37,566 bases of DNA from Nemertoderma westbladi (taxonomy: Eukaryota; Animalia; Xenacoelomorpha): assembly GCA_032718475.1 (NCBI GenBank), contig JAUCBJ010002392.1:1-37566 (forward strand), given 5' to 3'. The first letter of the stretch is position 1; each line of letters opens with the position of its first letter. The position numbers and the translations under genes were made by a program. Positions 1-11,156 of the stretch are shown here, one piece after another. The notes under the pieces are model-generated. The model was not told the origin of the DNA. It ran no database searches and worked only from the letters and a program-made list of their open reading frames with translations.

Positions 1-2630
1 CAATAAAGCAATCCAACCCCTACAGACAGACAGTAGTTCCGATGTTCTAAACTCAAACTCTCCTAAGTATTCAAAAGAAGATCAGATCAATTATTGATTG
101 AATAACACCAGTTCCTTCCCGTATCTTACAGAATATTATATTCTATATGTATATATCATATGCTATATTATCTATATTATCTAATATCTATATTATATTC
201 TATATCTATTATATTATATTCTACTACTAGGTTTAGATTCAGAGACCAATTAAGGTGACAGACTTACTTACAGACTCACTTACTAAACTGAATATTATAT
301 TCAGTTACCCAAAATATTTAATAATATTGATGTTGAGGGCCAGTATTATAAATAGGTTTATGTAATAATTTATATTATGGGAATTTTTCTATCTTTATTT
401 ATATTATAAATAATAACAAATTTTTAATTATTTTGCATAGGGAGAGGTCGCAATAATCGCTAAAATTAGATATAAAAGAATTAATTTATATCAGATGTAA
501 ATACAATAATGATATAAATTTCTTTCAATATATTTTACCATTTTAATTCGTTCTTGGTCGATATTATTCCCATATTATCGGTATTGAGTATTCGAGTAAT
601 ACCTGTATCTGCTACGTCCCTTTGGTAGACACAAACCTGGACCATCTACTAATAAAACGTTTAAATTATAACTCAGAGGTTCCCATTGGTTATATTATTC
701 AACCAATAAAACATTGGTTTACAATGAGTGTAACGGAGTTGGTTCCCATTCAGAACTACTATAATGTTATATGTTTATCTAATCTATTCTAATTATCTCG
801 GTCCCACTGTGGCTGGTTGTGGTTTCCCTAAAGTTACCCGACAACCCTACGTCATTGTACGTCCGTCCGTGTTACTAAACTATCAACTCTGTTTGGACAA
901 TCGCACTCCATTCTGCACCCAAAATCACCAGTTCAGCTATTTATATCCTTATAAAGGATATATTTAGTATTAATTACAGCGATCAGTGGATTGGTTACAG
1001 ACTTGTTCAGTAAACCCAGGGGGGTCTGTATTGGATACACAGGGTTCCTTCTCTATATACTTACATTCATATGTAACACAGATATGTAACGGTGACAGGA
1101 AACCAAGTCAGATGTTCAGCTAATAAATATTGTAGCATCATTATTGTGAGCTAACCCTATTCATTACTTTTTAATATTTATTTGTATATTCTGTTGAGTT
1201 GATGTGATTTAATTGGATTGTTTTATATTTAGTTAAGTTAATGTTTTATAAAAAATATATATCTTGTAAATTATATATTAAATGGACCTATTAATTATAC
1301 AGGCAGTTTATTATGTATATTATTAGTAAATTAGTTATAACTTTTATTTTAATGATAAACCCAAATGGGAAAATATAATATAACATTTTACATATGTTTC
1401 ATTATGTCAACGTATATATTAGACCTTTATTTTCATCAGCTCATTTCCGGGCATGTATGTTTAACTTTGTTCCATCGTATGTTAAGAGGTTGTAGGCGCT
1501 TATACATACATACCTTGGAATATGTTTTCGTATATATATATATATATCATCGGGATCTTATTATATAGCGCATAAAACACTAGCTGAGAAGGCTAGTAAA
1601 ACTTACTTTTCCATGTTGCTCCAATAAACTTCCAGTACTGGTAGTTGATACATACAATGCCATCAATATTTAAAGCCTTGGTGCGGCCGATTTTAGAGTA
1701 CCGTTGTCAAGTTGAGGGTTTTCACCAAGGGTACGATATTGAAAAGTTCCCGCTACAATTTTTGGATAGAGTGTTGAATTGTAGGACAAACACCCCAAAT
1801 TTCAAAGTATGGTGAAATCAGGTGTTCCCAATGCGTTGGTCCCTGATAAGTCCAGTAGTATACCGCCTACCAGATCCTAGTAACAAAGTACCTTACTGTA
1901 GAATCCAGCAGTGTATACGGGCTCGTACAGTATCTGACAACAAATCCCAGTCCAGGGTGTCTAAATAAACAGATACTAAGTACACAAACTACTACTGGTG
2001 AAGGAACGGAGACTGATGTCTATTCTAATACGTGGGCGAATCAAATGCCCGGGGCTAACAGGACAAAACAGGATACCCGTCCTCTAACCGGTGAGGCAGA
2101 TGTACAGTCTACAGTAACAGATCAAACTCACGGGAAAACAATCCCCGCGCAGCAAATACTAACTATCGCTAACGGACCTAAATACCGTAAACTTGCCGCG
2201 GTGTGATTTATATGGTTTATATACGCGCTAGTGGGTCAACAAACTAGCGTAACAATACTGCCGACAGACAAGCAGTCAAAAGTGGGTGCCCCTAAAATGC
2301 CTCTGTGACGTAAAACTAATATTAAATATCTCCTCAAATAAAAAAATACTCCCTACTGATAAGCCTATGGTAGCTAGTGGATCTCAAGACTCGTGCGCGT
2401 GCAAACGCGTAATACACCTAACATTTCGCCAGATTCCCACAATCATTGTGCTAACTTCGCAATTGTGCTAACACTTTCCGCTAACAGTTGTCTCAAATTA
2501 CGAAAAAAATCATGTAGCGAAATTTCAAGCTATGTTAGGTGAATTTAATTTGCCAGATAAATTTTCAGTGTGTTTTTTTACCTTGCGCCCCCATGCAGCT
2601 GCAATGGGAATATATAGTAAATATACATCT

Positions 2631-2938
2631 TAGGTGTATCACTTCTACCCGTTTACTGCTAGGTGTATCGCTTCCACCCGTTTACTGTTAGGTGTATCGC
2701 TTCCACCCGTTTACTGTTAGGTGTATCGCTTCCACCCGTTTACTGTTAGGTGTATCGCTTCCACCCGTTTACTGTTAGGTGTATCGCTTCCACCCGTTTA
2801 CTGTTAGGTGTATCGCTTCCACCCGTTTACTGTTAGGTGTATTGTTTCCATTAGATTACTGTTAGGTTTATTGTTTCCATTAGATTACTGTTAGGTGTAT
2901 CAATTCCAATAATTTTATGTTAGGTGTATTGATTCCAT
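2631..2938. repeat. 29-bp minisatellite (TAGGTGTATCGCTTCCACCCGTTTACTGT), ~11 units
   Basis: TAGG unit starts every 29 bp (2631, 2660, 2689 ... 2921). Units 2-7 are identical and the last four progressively degenerate. Confidence 0.95.
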
Positions 2939-2966
2939 GAGTTCACAGGGTCTCAGGAATTCTTTG

Positions 2967-3017
2967 CCCGTGGGTGTTCTTAGCCCGCGTGTATTCTTAA
3001 CCCGTGCGTATTCTTAG
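2967..3017. repeat. 17-bp tandem repeat x3 (CCCGYGBGTRTTCTTAR)
   Basis: Units at 2967, 2984 and 3001. Confidence 0.85.
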
Positions 3018-3034
3018 ACCTTAAGAAAATTTAG

Positions 3035-3304
3035 GAGAATCTAAGAGAATTTAGGAGGACCACCAAAGAGAAAAAGCGAAAGCAGCCATTATCAAAGAGA
3101 GAGAAAGACCGAATAGCGGACCTATTTCATAGTAATATAGTAAAAGGTCAGTGTCCTGTTAAGGCAATGATAAAGAGTGTGATCCGATGCGATGAAATAT
3201 TGAAAGATATTGAATGGAGGAAATTAAAATTCACCGTGAACAATAGAATCACTACAATAAAGTACCGTAAGAATAGAGCAATAAAAAATGGTAACGAACA
3301 ATAA
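3035..3304 (+). pseudogene. Putative terminal exon encoding a SANT/Myb-like C-terminal domain, resembling Crypton-like (tyrosine recombinase) element proteins
   Basis: Stop-free frame missing from the ORF track: KRKQPLSKREKDRIADLFHSNIVKGQCPVKAMIKSVIRCDEILKDIEWRKLKFTVNNRITTIK. It matches a recalled pattern K-x-W-S-x-x-E-K...F...I...P-x-K...L-x-x-x-x-W-x-x-(I/V)K-x-x-V-x-N. Possible acceptor TTTAG at 3050-3054 and AATAAA near 3300. Confidence 0.55.
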
Positions 3305-3568
3305 ACTTTTAAATTTATGTCTTAAATGAAAATATTAATTTAGGATTTGTTGTTTTATTTATTATACAATTTGCATTTTTTAACAGGTAAAACATGTTTA
3401 CATTTCAATATTTTGAATTTGATTTTTTGATGACGACCAGAATAATAATAAAACTGTCGTTGTAATTATACTAACAATTTTTTTAATGATTAATGTAATA
3501 ATTGTATTTGGATATGTTTCATATCCTGTAAAATTGTTGTAATTCGGGTCACCCCCCCCCCCCCCCCC

Positions 3569-3613
3569 CCAATTTTTCTACAAATCTTAATGAGATTGCA
3601 GGAAATTTGAAAC
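3569..3613 (+). repeat. Dispersed repeat (probable DNA-transposon subterminal sequence); second copy at 8532-8562 + 9252-9263
   Basis: CCAATTTTTCTACAAATCTTAATGAGATTGCAGGAAATTTGAAA here. CCAATTTTCTACAAATCGCAATGAGATTGTA/TGAAATTTGAAA is rebuilt once the 8563-9249 insert is removed. Confidence 0.7.
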
Positions 3614-4407
3614 AGATAAAATGTTCACCTCCCTCCTCCTTAGTGGGGAAAAGTGTCTCCGGTGATATTTCGCCACTTACTCTGCCGTTATTCTTCATAC
3701 TTATAGCAGATCGTTGGTACCGATGCAAATATGACATTTCAGGGAGAATTCCATATATTTAATATAATTATTCTGAATTTCGTGAAAGAATAGCTAAGAA
3801 ATTGGCGTTCGAAAGTTGCATGTATTTGCATGCGCGAGGCTATTTTATAGTGTTATTATGTTATTATTTATTGTGTTATTCTTGAATAAATAAACGTAAT
3901 TCTGGAACATTATATTTATATTACAGGTAGCTGGGCAACAACGCGATGCCTATATAACAATTCTAGTATGTAGCTATTCATAGATAAACAAAATGTTCTA
4001 GAGTATAGTGTATATATTTTTACTAAAAATAATAACTGGTCACTGGAAGTAATACGCATGCAAATTTCATGAAACTTTTTCAGATAAATTATTACGCACT
4101 GAAATGTATGCGTTAGCTCAATATTACCACGCCAGATAAGTAATAGACATTTAATAGATTTCCAATATAGATTTCACCTTGTCATATAATTTATTGCACA
4201 ATAGTTGATTTTTACGAGAAATCAGCTGTAAATAAAATGAAAATAATTAGTGTTGCAAATTACGACGAAACCTACAACGACGCCTAACGACATTTTGGGT
4301 CTGTTAGTGCAGCACTCCACTTTCTTTCATTACTTCAAAATTCTGATAATTCCTGTATCAATCTCGTAGGAAAGGAGTAATATTGCATTCATTTTGTAAT
4401 ATTGCAT

Positions 4408-4470
4408 ATAATATAATATACACCATATTTAGTATCATACAGATACTAAATATGGTGTATATTATATTAT
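4408..4470. repeat. Perfect 29-bp inverted repeat with 5-nt loop
   Basis: ATAATATAATATACACCATATTTAGTATC (4408-4436), ATACA loop, exact reverse complement at 4442-4470. Confidence 0.95.
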
Positions 4471-5011
4471 CATTTAGCATCATTTAGTTCATACAGATAC
4501 AGTTGCTATCATTATACTATTATTGGTTGTTGTTAGCACTATATTTGTATTCTAGAGATTATAGTCCTACAGTCCAGCCAATGTATTGCTTTTACAAAGA
4601 CAAATAATGAATGTGCAGAAGCCGGCAATTTAAACACTAGTTATTACCCTGTTAGGGGAATTGATGTGTGGTGTGCAATACTAGCGGTCATTTATTGAAC
4701 TGGTTGTGTTAGCACAATTAAATCAGTGTCATTAGGTGTTAGTACTGTCGCGTGAAAAAACGTAAATGTGTTGGTGTTAGGTTAATATACGATTTGCAGA
4801 AGGGGGTGTGTAGTGAGGTGTGTTTGTGTAGAGCGGCATTAAAATATCATGTTGCTCGCCACACACACAGTCAAAATGGCTGGAAATAGAATATGAAGTA
4901 CAAAGTAGGCCTTGGTCTAAGTCTGCTGAATTATCGTATGTGAAGTAGTGTTGGGTGCTACTGTATGGTACGACATTGTGCGTTGCACAATGTGCAACGC
5001 GGTTGTATGCG

Positions 5012-5726
5012 ATGGAAATGTTTTCTATTACAGCGTATTTTAAGAGTGGATTAACTTACCGGGAGATTGTAAATATCCTCCATAAAAAACATGGAATTAC
5101 AATTAGTGAAAGGACAGTGAAGAGACGATTAATCGAATTGCATTTAACTCGAAAGAGTGGGGGAATATAGACTTAATTGAAATTAAGCAAACTGTAAAAT
5201 CTCTTATAGACGGACCTGCATGTTTATGGGGATATCGACATGTTTGGAGGCATTTGGTAAAACTTGGCTATACTGTATCACGTTTAACAGTCCAACGTAT
5301 TCTTAAGGAAATAAACCCACTCGCTTCGAATTTGAGACGTAAACATAAACTAAAACGTAGGAAATATCGAAATAAGGGGCCAAACTATATGCCTAGCTAG
5401 CCTAGATGGCTATGACAAGTTGAAAATGTTCGTTTTTTCCCATTCATGGTTGTCTAGATGGTTGGTCGAGAGTGGTTATTTGGTTAAGGTTGACGCACAC
5501 GAATAACGACCCCAATGTTGTTAGTAAATTTTATCTGGAATCCGTTGGAAAGTACGGTTGTCCTGTAGTTTTACATACAGACAAAGGGACAGAAAACGGT
5601 GTCATAGCGGCAGCACAATGTACGTTCCGGCGATGTGAAAAAGCCCACAAATATGTGGGATCACCCCATAATCAGCTGATAGAGAGTTGGTGGTCCTGAA
5701 AAATGTGGACAACTTGGTGGAAAAAT
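5012..5726 (+). pseudogene. IS3EU-like integrase-core DDE transposase, 5' part (frameshifts and stops)
   Basis: HTH YFKSGLTYREIVNILHKKHGITISERTVKRRL, then GYRHVW, LKRRKYRNKGPNY, LDGYDKLK, PIHGCLDGWSR, NNDPNVV, HTDKGTEN, NQLIESWWS, ending WWKN at the insertion junction. Confidence 0.9.
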
Positions 5727-6970
5727 TGTTGCCTATGAAACTTGTAGAACAATTTTTTGAAAAAGATTATTTTTTAAAAATATAACCAAAATAGTGCATT
5801 TTTCAAAAATTCACGTTTGTTTTAATGAAAAACACCGAATAAAAACTATTTATAGAACATATTAAAAAAACTGTTCTACAAGTTTTTTAGGCAACATGAT
5901 TATCTTCAAAATGAGACATAAAACGTAAAATTTGACTGAACCATAGCCGACTAGTAGCATTTCAAGTCCTAAAAAATCGGATTCTGAGAAAAATACAATT
6001 GAAAGTGAAAGTAATTTATTTATGTATTTTCCAAAATTGAAACTACTAATTACTCGTTTTAACCCCTTGGGATTGGTAAACTGTTGTTCAGGTGGTGCTA
6101 TGGGAAACATATGATGGTGGTGGTGCTCAGTTTGGATGAAGTGGGTGAAAAACGGGCGAATAACGAATAAGTATAATAAAAAATAATAAAAAATATAAAA
6201 AGTACAGAAGTTAATAACCGCCCGGTTTGTATTCAGAATCGTTTTCTTTGGCCAGTTTGAGTAACTTAGATCTGTAGCTATCTTTCCGCGTTGCTTTCTG
6301 TTCCGCCTTCTGTATGCTGCTGCTTATTCTCTTCAAGTCTTTCCTCAGATCCCAATTGCAGTGGCCTATTGTGAGTAGAACCATTCTGCTGGTAAACCTC
6401 GCCCAGTCGCCTGAGTTCCCCGCTCCCGTGATACCGGTACCGGAATCCAAATAGCACCTGAATCGGTTAGATTCTCCCCTTTTTTTAGAAGCAACCCTTG
6501 GAACGGCAGATCTCCGTGGCATATTCTCACAATTATTTATTTAGTATAGGCCTAATATGAATATTTGAACAAACATAAAGTTAGGATAAATCGAATATCG
6601 TAGTTAGGCCTACTGGGATTCACAGTCAGACAGTATAGCAGTACAGATACAGTTATGATTAGTTTGTTAGCAAATTTATATTAACGATAAAATGTACCAT
6701 TTGAATGTCCCGCCTACTGTGCTGTCATATTTCATAAAGATAAGCAGGAAAGGTTGTGAACAGGGCGTCCTCGTTTGGAATTTGAAATTTTACACAATTT
6801 TACATTAAATTTAATAAGTAGCCTGCACCAAATCGGTCATAACTCAAAATCTAAAAAAAGATATTGGGAAACAGTTTTCGTTTTCGGAAAGAGCATTAAA
6901 TTCTCTACAATAATCGACTAAAAAGTAATTTTACAAAATTTAAAAGTTTTTTACTGAATAAAGCCCCCCC
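5727..6970 (-). mobile_element. Kolobok-like non-autonomous DNA transposon inserted at TTAA; one end deleted
   Basis: Splits the IS3EU-like frame between WWKN and KDLVDSG. The intact end reads TTAA|GGGGGGGCTTTATTCAG on - (TTAA at 6971-6974). Internal ~33-bp inverted repeat at 5727-5759 / 5864-5896. Carries ORF 6211-6522. Confidence 0.7.
6211..6522 (-). CDS. 103-aa internally deleted Kolobok/Mutator-like transposase remnant (N- and C-termini fused)
   Basis: MPRR start. C-terminus DLKRISSS...KATRK...K..K...EYKPGGY* resembles the basic helix plus Y-x-P/A-G-x-F/Y tail recalled for these transposases. No DDE core. Confidence 0.55.
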   Translation of the reverse strand: MPRRSAVPRVASKKRGESNRFRCYLDSGTGITGAGNSGDWARFTSRMVLLTIGHCNWDLRKDLKRISSSIQKAEQKATRKDSYRSKLLKLAKENDSEYKPGGY

Positions 6971-7400
6971 TTAAAGATCTAGTCGACTCTGGAGAATACA
7001 ACACTAACTGTGAAACTCAGAAGGCTATTCCTTGGTATTGTTTTTCACCTGTTATGGAATCTGAAATGAACGCTGTGGTGGATGACTGGAATTCCCACTA
7101 CATAAGGAAATCCCGCTTCGATACCATTGCCGGAAGACCAATGTGTATAACTTTTACCATCCGAGTCTACGAGGGGGTCTTAGTGATTTAGCTATTCAAG
7201 TAGACGTTGGTAGTGTACAGGCAATGGAGGAGTTTATATCACCACTAGGAGTTACCTCCACGAACCATAACAAAGTGTTATCTTACTGCGAATATGTGTG
7301 CAATTATATGAACATATGTAAACCATCGGAATGGTCTGATAGTCTGAGGTTGTTTAAAATAATAAAAAATCTCATTAACCTAAGAAAAGCTTACATGCAG
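6971..7400 (+). pseudogene. IS3EU-like transposase, 3' part
   Basis: KDLVDSGEYN...WYCFSPVMESEMNAVVDDWNSHYIRKSRFDTIAGRP, frameshift, then FYHPSLRGG...YCEYVCNYMNICKPSEWSDSLRLF. End coordinate approximate. Confidence 0.88.
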
Positions 7401-7460
7401 AATATTCATCATGACTCACATTTAGCCAGGGCCAGCCTGTGTTAGGAAAACGAATAACAG

Positions 7461-7524
7461 GTTTCTATTGGCCGTTCAAATAAAGTTTCTATTGGCCGTT
7501 CAAATATAGTTTATATTGCCGTTC
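7461..7524. repeat. 24-bp tandem repeat, ~2.7 copies
   Basis: GTTTCTATTGGCCGTTCAAATAWA at 7461 and 7485, degenerate copy at 7509. Confidence 0.85.
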
Positions 7525-8093
7525 TTAACTTAGTAACTACGGTAACCGAACACTTCAGGGTGTAGGGCAGATGGTTAGTTTTGGGGAAATCTGACAAATT
7601 ACTTGCTCCTTTATATTGCTTTGGAGTAGAACAGCGCATTGCTAATAAAATGTGATTTTTAGTCGAAAAAGATTTAACAGATTTGGAATTAGTAAAACTT
7701 TAAGTTGTATATAAAATTACTGAATAATTATAATAGAGTAGCGTTGGAAACTAACTTTTACGTTTAATTATAAAATTATTTTTTATTCTACTGAGTAAAA
7801 CTACATACCGCGGGTAGGAAACACAATGTCTTAAAAAATTTAATATGATTATTATTTTACTATATTATGATACTGGTTTCACGCAGCGTATTTCTTTGTC
7901 GTGGGATCTCTCCTCCATTATATTTTCAGTGTTCGATTCACATTGGGAGGTTATCAATTTCGAATGTGCCGCGGATTTGACATTATTTCTTCGATCTTGG
8001 GAGCATGCTCTGCAACACCAGCTGTGAACCTTTTCTGGGCCATAATCAAATACCTCCTATAGCTCCACTTTGCCTGTACCCACTTACGCTTGC

Positions 8094-8480
8094 TACTACT
8101 GTGTTTTGGGCACATCCCCCCTCAAAATTTATATACTAGCTAGTTTTTCTTACTTTTTTAAATGTTCTTATGTTTAATGTTCTTATGTTATATGTTCTTA
8201 TGTTTCTTGTTTAATTATCTATTCATTTAATATATAAATTTTGTTCTAGAACAAATATTTTTTGTTATAGAAGAACAAAAACTAGGAAAACAAGTGGGTA
8301 AGAAAAACTAGCTTTGATAACAACATAAAACCTAATTAATTAATTTTCTTCTAGAACATCAATTATTTGTTCTAGAACAAAATTAATAGACAATATGTTG
8401 TTGAACATTAAAGAAAAAGTAACAATTTTATTTTTTAAGCCATTTTGGGCACAAATATTTGTGCCCAAAAGACAATAGTA
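8094..8480. mobile_element. MITE, ~390 bp, 21-bp TIRs
   Basis: TACTACTGTGTTTTGGGCACA (8094-8114) versus reverse complement of 8460-8480 (TACTATTGTCTTTTGGGCACA), 2 mismatches. TTACGCTT direct repeat at 8084-8091 and 8486-8493, slightly offset from the TIRs. Confidence 0.75.
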
Positions 8481-8562
8481 CCGTATTACGCTTTTCCTGG
8501 AATATTGTGTCGTAATTCAATGGCTTGCTCACCAATTTTCTACAAATCGCAATGAGATTGTA

Positions 8563-9249
8563 CAGTACAGGCCACCAGAAAAAGCAGATTTCATCCAATG
8601 TGAACACATTTGTTCAAGTCATCTGATTGGCAGGTTATGGCGAGTTATCTTCTAGATCACACAGCAGGAGGCTAACTTGCTGGGACCGACAAAGGCTTTG
8701 TGTGTGGTGCGCCTGTATGTCTGATATCAGGTAGATGAGAGAGCCCCCAGGGCGTAACATTGCGGACATGGGCTGTATTGGTAGAGAGAGAACTACATAC
8801 AAGACCACATGGAGGTTCATGGAGTGTATGGGATGGGATGGATGAGCCTAGACCATTGAATAATTAATTTAGTGCAGGGAGATGTCGCGCCATTAGTCTG
8901 ACACCGAGAGGGCACAGAGAAACACCAGAAGATGCCTTAACATCACTAACTATAGGCCTGCCTACTAGACACTATTAACCGCACACTATAAAGGTCAACA
9001 AAATCCTTATCGCATTTCCAGCTGCAGTGAGTGACAGTTCGCGGCAAACTACAGAGAGTTTCCAGATTACTAAGCGTTTCAAAAGTATTCAATTGTATCC
9101 TTTGGCGAAAAAATTTTGGTTGTTGCCAATTCAATTATATTCAATTATGTTCAATTGTCCCGTTCAACAACATTACATTTACACTGGTACACATTTGATA
9201 AAATGTGTTCACAATTGTACAAATCTGCGTTTTCTGGTGGCCTGTACTG
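8563..9249. mobile_element. Tc1/mariner-type non-autonomous element, 687 bp, TA TSD
   Basis: TA|CAGTACAGGCCACCAGAAAA...TTTTCTGGTGGCCTGTACTG|TA with imperfect TIR extending ~50 bp. Removal restores the repeat seen at 3569-3613. Confidence 0.9.
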
Positions 9250-9604
9250 TATGAAATTTGAAAGAATTTGGATTACTTTTACCCCCAGCACTACTATTCC
9301 CATAAACTTTCTTTGTAAAGAAAAAGTAGGTAAATATTTTTTTGTAGTAGTGTCGTTGAGCAGTAAGCGACGCGAGGTAGACCCGCCTTTCAACGCTGTT
9401 ACAAGCCCCCCCCCCCCCCCCCCCCCCCACTAAGATGTACTGTATGTTAGCTCAGCCTAGCTAAATAGTAAAGATATTCTATTATAACATGTTTCTCAAA
9501 ATGGTATTGCTGTGATAGCTATCTCCATTTTAGAAATTTTTTTAATCGTTTTTATTGACAATATTATTACGTTCTACAACAATATTCACATAGAACTTTA
9601 TATT

Positions 9605-9900
9605 TCATATTACAATATTTGTTAAAATCTGCTTCACAATCAATTGACAGGCAGAAAACCATGTTTCATTCCTACATGATCGACAGTGTCTAGTAGGACC
9701 TTTGCATCGCCACATCAGCTTCGTTATGCCATTCATTCTCCTTCGAATGACATGTGCATTGAAATCACAGTTAGTGACCGCACATGGTTGAATGTCACTA
9801 CCAGTAGGTACAGTAGTAATCCAACCAATTGAGCAAAAGTAATAGCGCTCTCTTCTGTTGCCAATAAAGATGCAATTTCGATAATGTTAGGGTCAGTCAT
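9605..9900 (-). pseudogene. Merlin (ISXO2/IS1595-like) transposase N-terminal zinc-finger fragment
   Basis: After removing 5 nt at TACAGTA (9809-9815): MTDPNIIEIASLLATEESAITFAQLVGLLPTGSDIQPCAVTNCDFNAHVIRRRMNGITKLMWRCKGPTRHCRSCRNETWFSACQLIVKQIL, with the WRC...S-x-R-x-x-TWF..L..IL pattern. GCTGTGATA (9509-9517) and its inverse (10083-10091) may be TIR remnants. Confidence 0.75.
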
Positions 9901-10091
9901 AATGAAAATAATAACGAACACGTTTATTATAATGTTCTTTTATCTTATTATCTTCTTATCTTATTATGTTCTTTTATCTATTTATTTTTATCGAGTACGT
10001 ATATTATTTTAAACGTCTGTCTGCTATCCGCCTTCAAAATTGTTCTAAATTTGTCCTAATTTATCAAATTTTTGGTGCAGTTTATCACAGC

Positions 10092-10173
10092 CAGGTCAGG
10101 TATTTTTGAGACCTGACCTGACCTGACCCAAGGTCAGGTCAGGTCAGGTCAGGTCAGGTCTGTGCAACTCCTG
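10092..10173. repeat. (GACCT)n / (AGGTC)n foldback, probable hAT-like element end
   Basis: GACCTGACCTGACCTGACC-CAA-GGTCAGGTCAGGTC..., followed by TGTGCAACTCCTG. No second end found. Confidence 0.55.
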
Positions 10174-10249
10174 ACCTCAGGCGAGCATTTTACAGATGTT
10201 GGTCTAATTTATATGGTCTTGTACCGCGAAACCATGTATTATTTACAGA

Positions 10250-10654
10250 TGTAGGCTAAATTTCGGGTCTTGTACCGTGCACAGTACTGGTGGGCCTACA
10301 CAGCTACTGTTATTTTGCCAAATACAGGTCCCAGAGGTAAATCCTTACCCCACGGGCTGTTACCTCTCTGACTGACAGCGCAACAGCCCTCTCTCCCTCT
10401 GTTTGCAGCCCCTTTGATGACTCACTAATATCCCAGCGCGGCCTTGACTACACCAAATCCGTATATCGCCCAAGGCTAATGTTCCAACGGCCCTCCTTTG
10501 TTCTCACTATAGCCGGCATCACTTGGGTTCTTCCCTATATCCAGGCATCCCGTATCATAACAATGAAGGGCCTCTAAACACACATTCCTCTCTACTAATC
10601 CCATTCCTCTGCAACGGACCTATAAACCGCTTTTCTAGAACCGCTTTTGCCACA
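10250..10654. mobile_element. Possible solo LTR
   Basis: GC-richer non-coding block bounded by TGT...ACA. No matching TSD seen. Confidence 0.25.
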
Positions 10655-11156
10655 CATCTAGAATATATTGCATCTGAGACAGTAGAATAGTTTCTACTTA
10701 TAATCTACAGGCCATAGTTAAAATAAGGTCGGTTTATTTACAAATACAGTATATATACTGTACAAAATATATTATAGATAATAGTTTGCACAATGGAACA
10801 GACAAGCTCAGCCACTCTTCTATGGAATTCTTGATCGTCTATTTGTCATAGGAAAGGTTTTGCACTAGTTGTGGTTCTACAGGTGATTCGAGTTTCACCC
10901 GATTTCTGATTTTTATTTCTTTAATTTTGTTGCCAAATTTTTCAATACATATGTAAATTTTATGTAACTATGAATCTATTCTAGAATGCATGGTATAAAA
11001 ACCGAAATGGTGATGTACTGCCTAATAACAACTTAATTATCATATTCTTCTCAAAAACCTATTTTGTAGAGCAAGTTTCAATTTAAATGGTTTATATTCG
11101 ACTGGTATATTGTTCAAACATAAACATTGTTCCAAGTGGATCACACTTTTACTAAC

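Noticed and set aside
729-1078. Solo LTR (TGTAAC...ACA)
   Set aside because: No TSD, PBS or second copy; TGTAAC recurs locally.
1608-1945. Missing exon 2 of the minus-strand crystallin paralog
   Set aside because: A GTAAGT donor and fragments such as NIDGIVCINYQYW and ILYEPVY exist, but they need several frameshifts and give no convincing motif.
9027-9433. Overlapping ORFs with poly-Pro or poly-Gly (also 3549-3737 and 35664-35966)
   Set aside because: Produced by C/G homopolymers; several cross transposon boundaries.
10092-10160. Nuclear-receptor AGGTCA response element cluster
   Set aside because: Better explained as transposon subterminal pentamer repeats.
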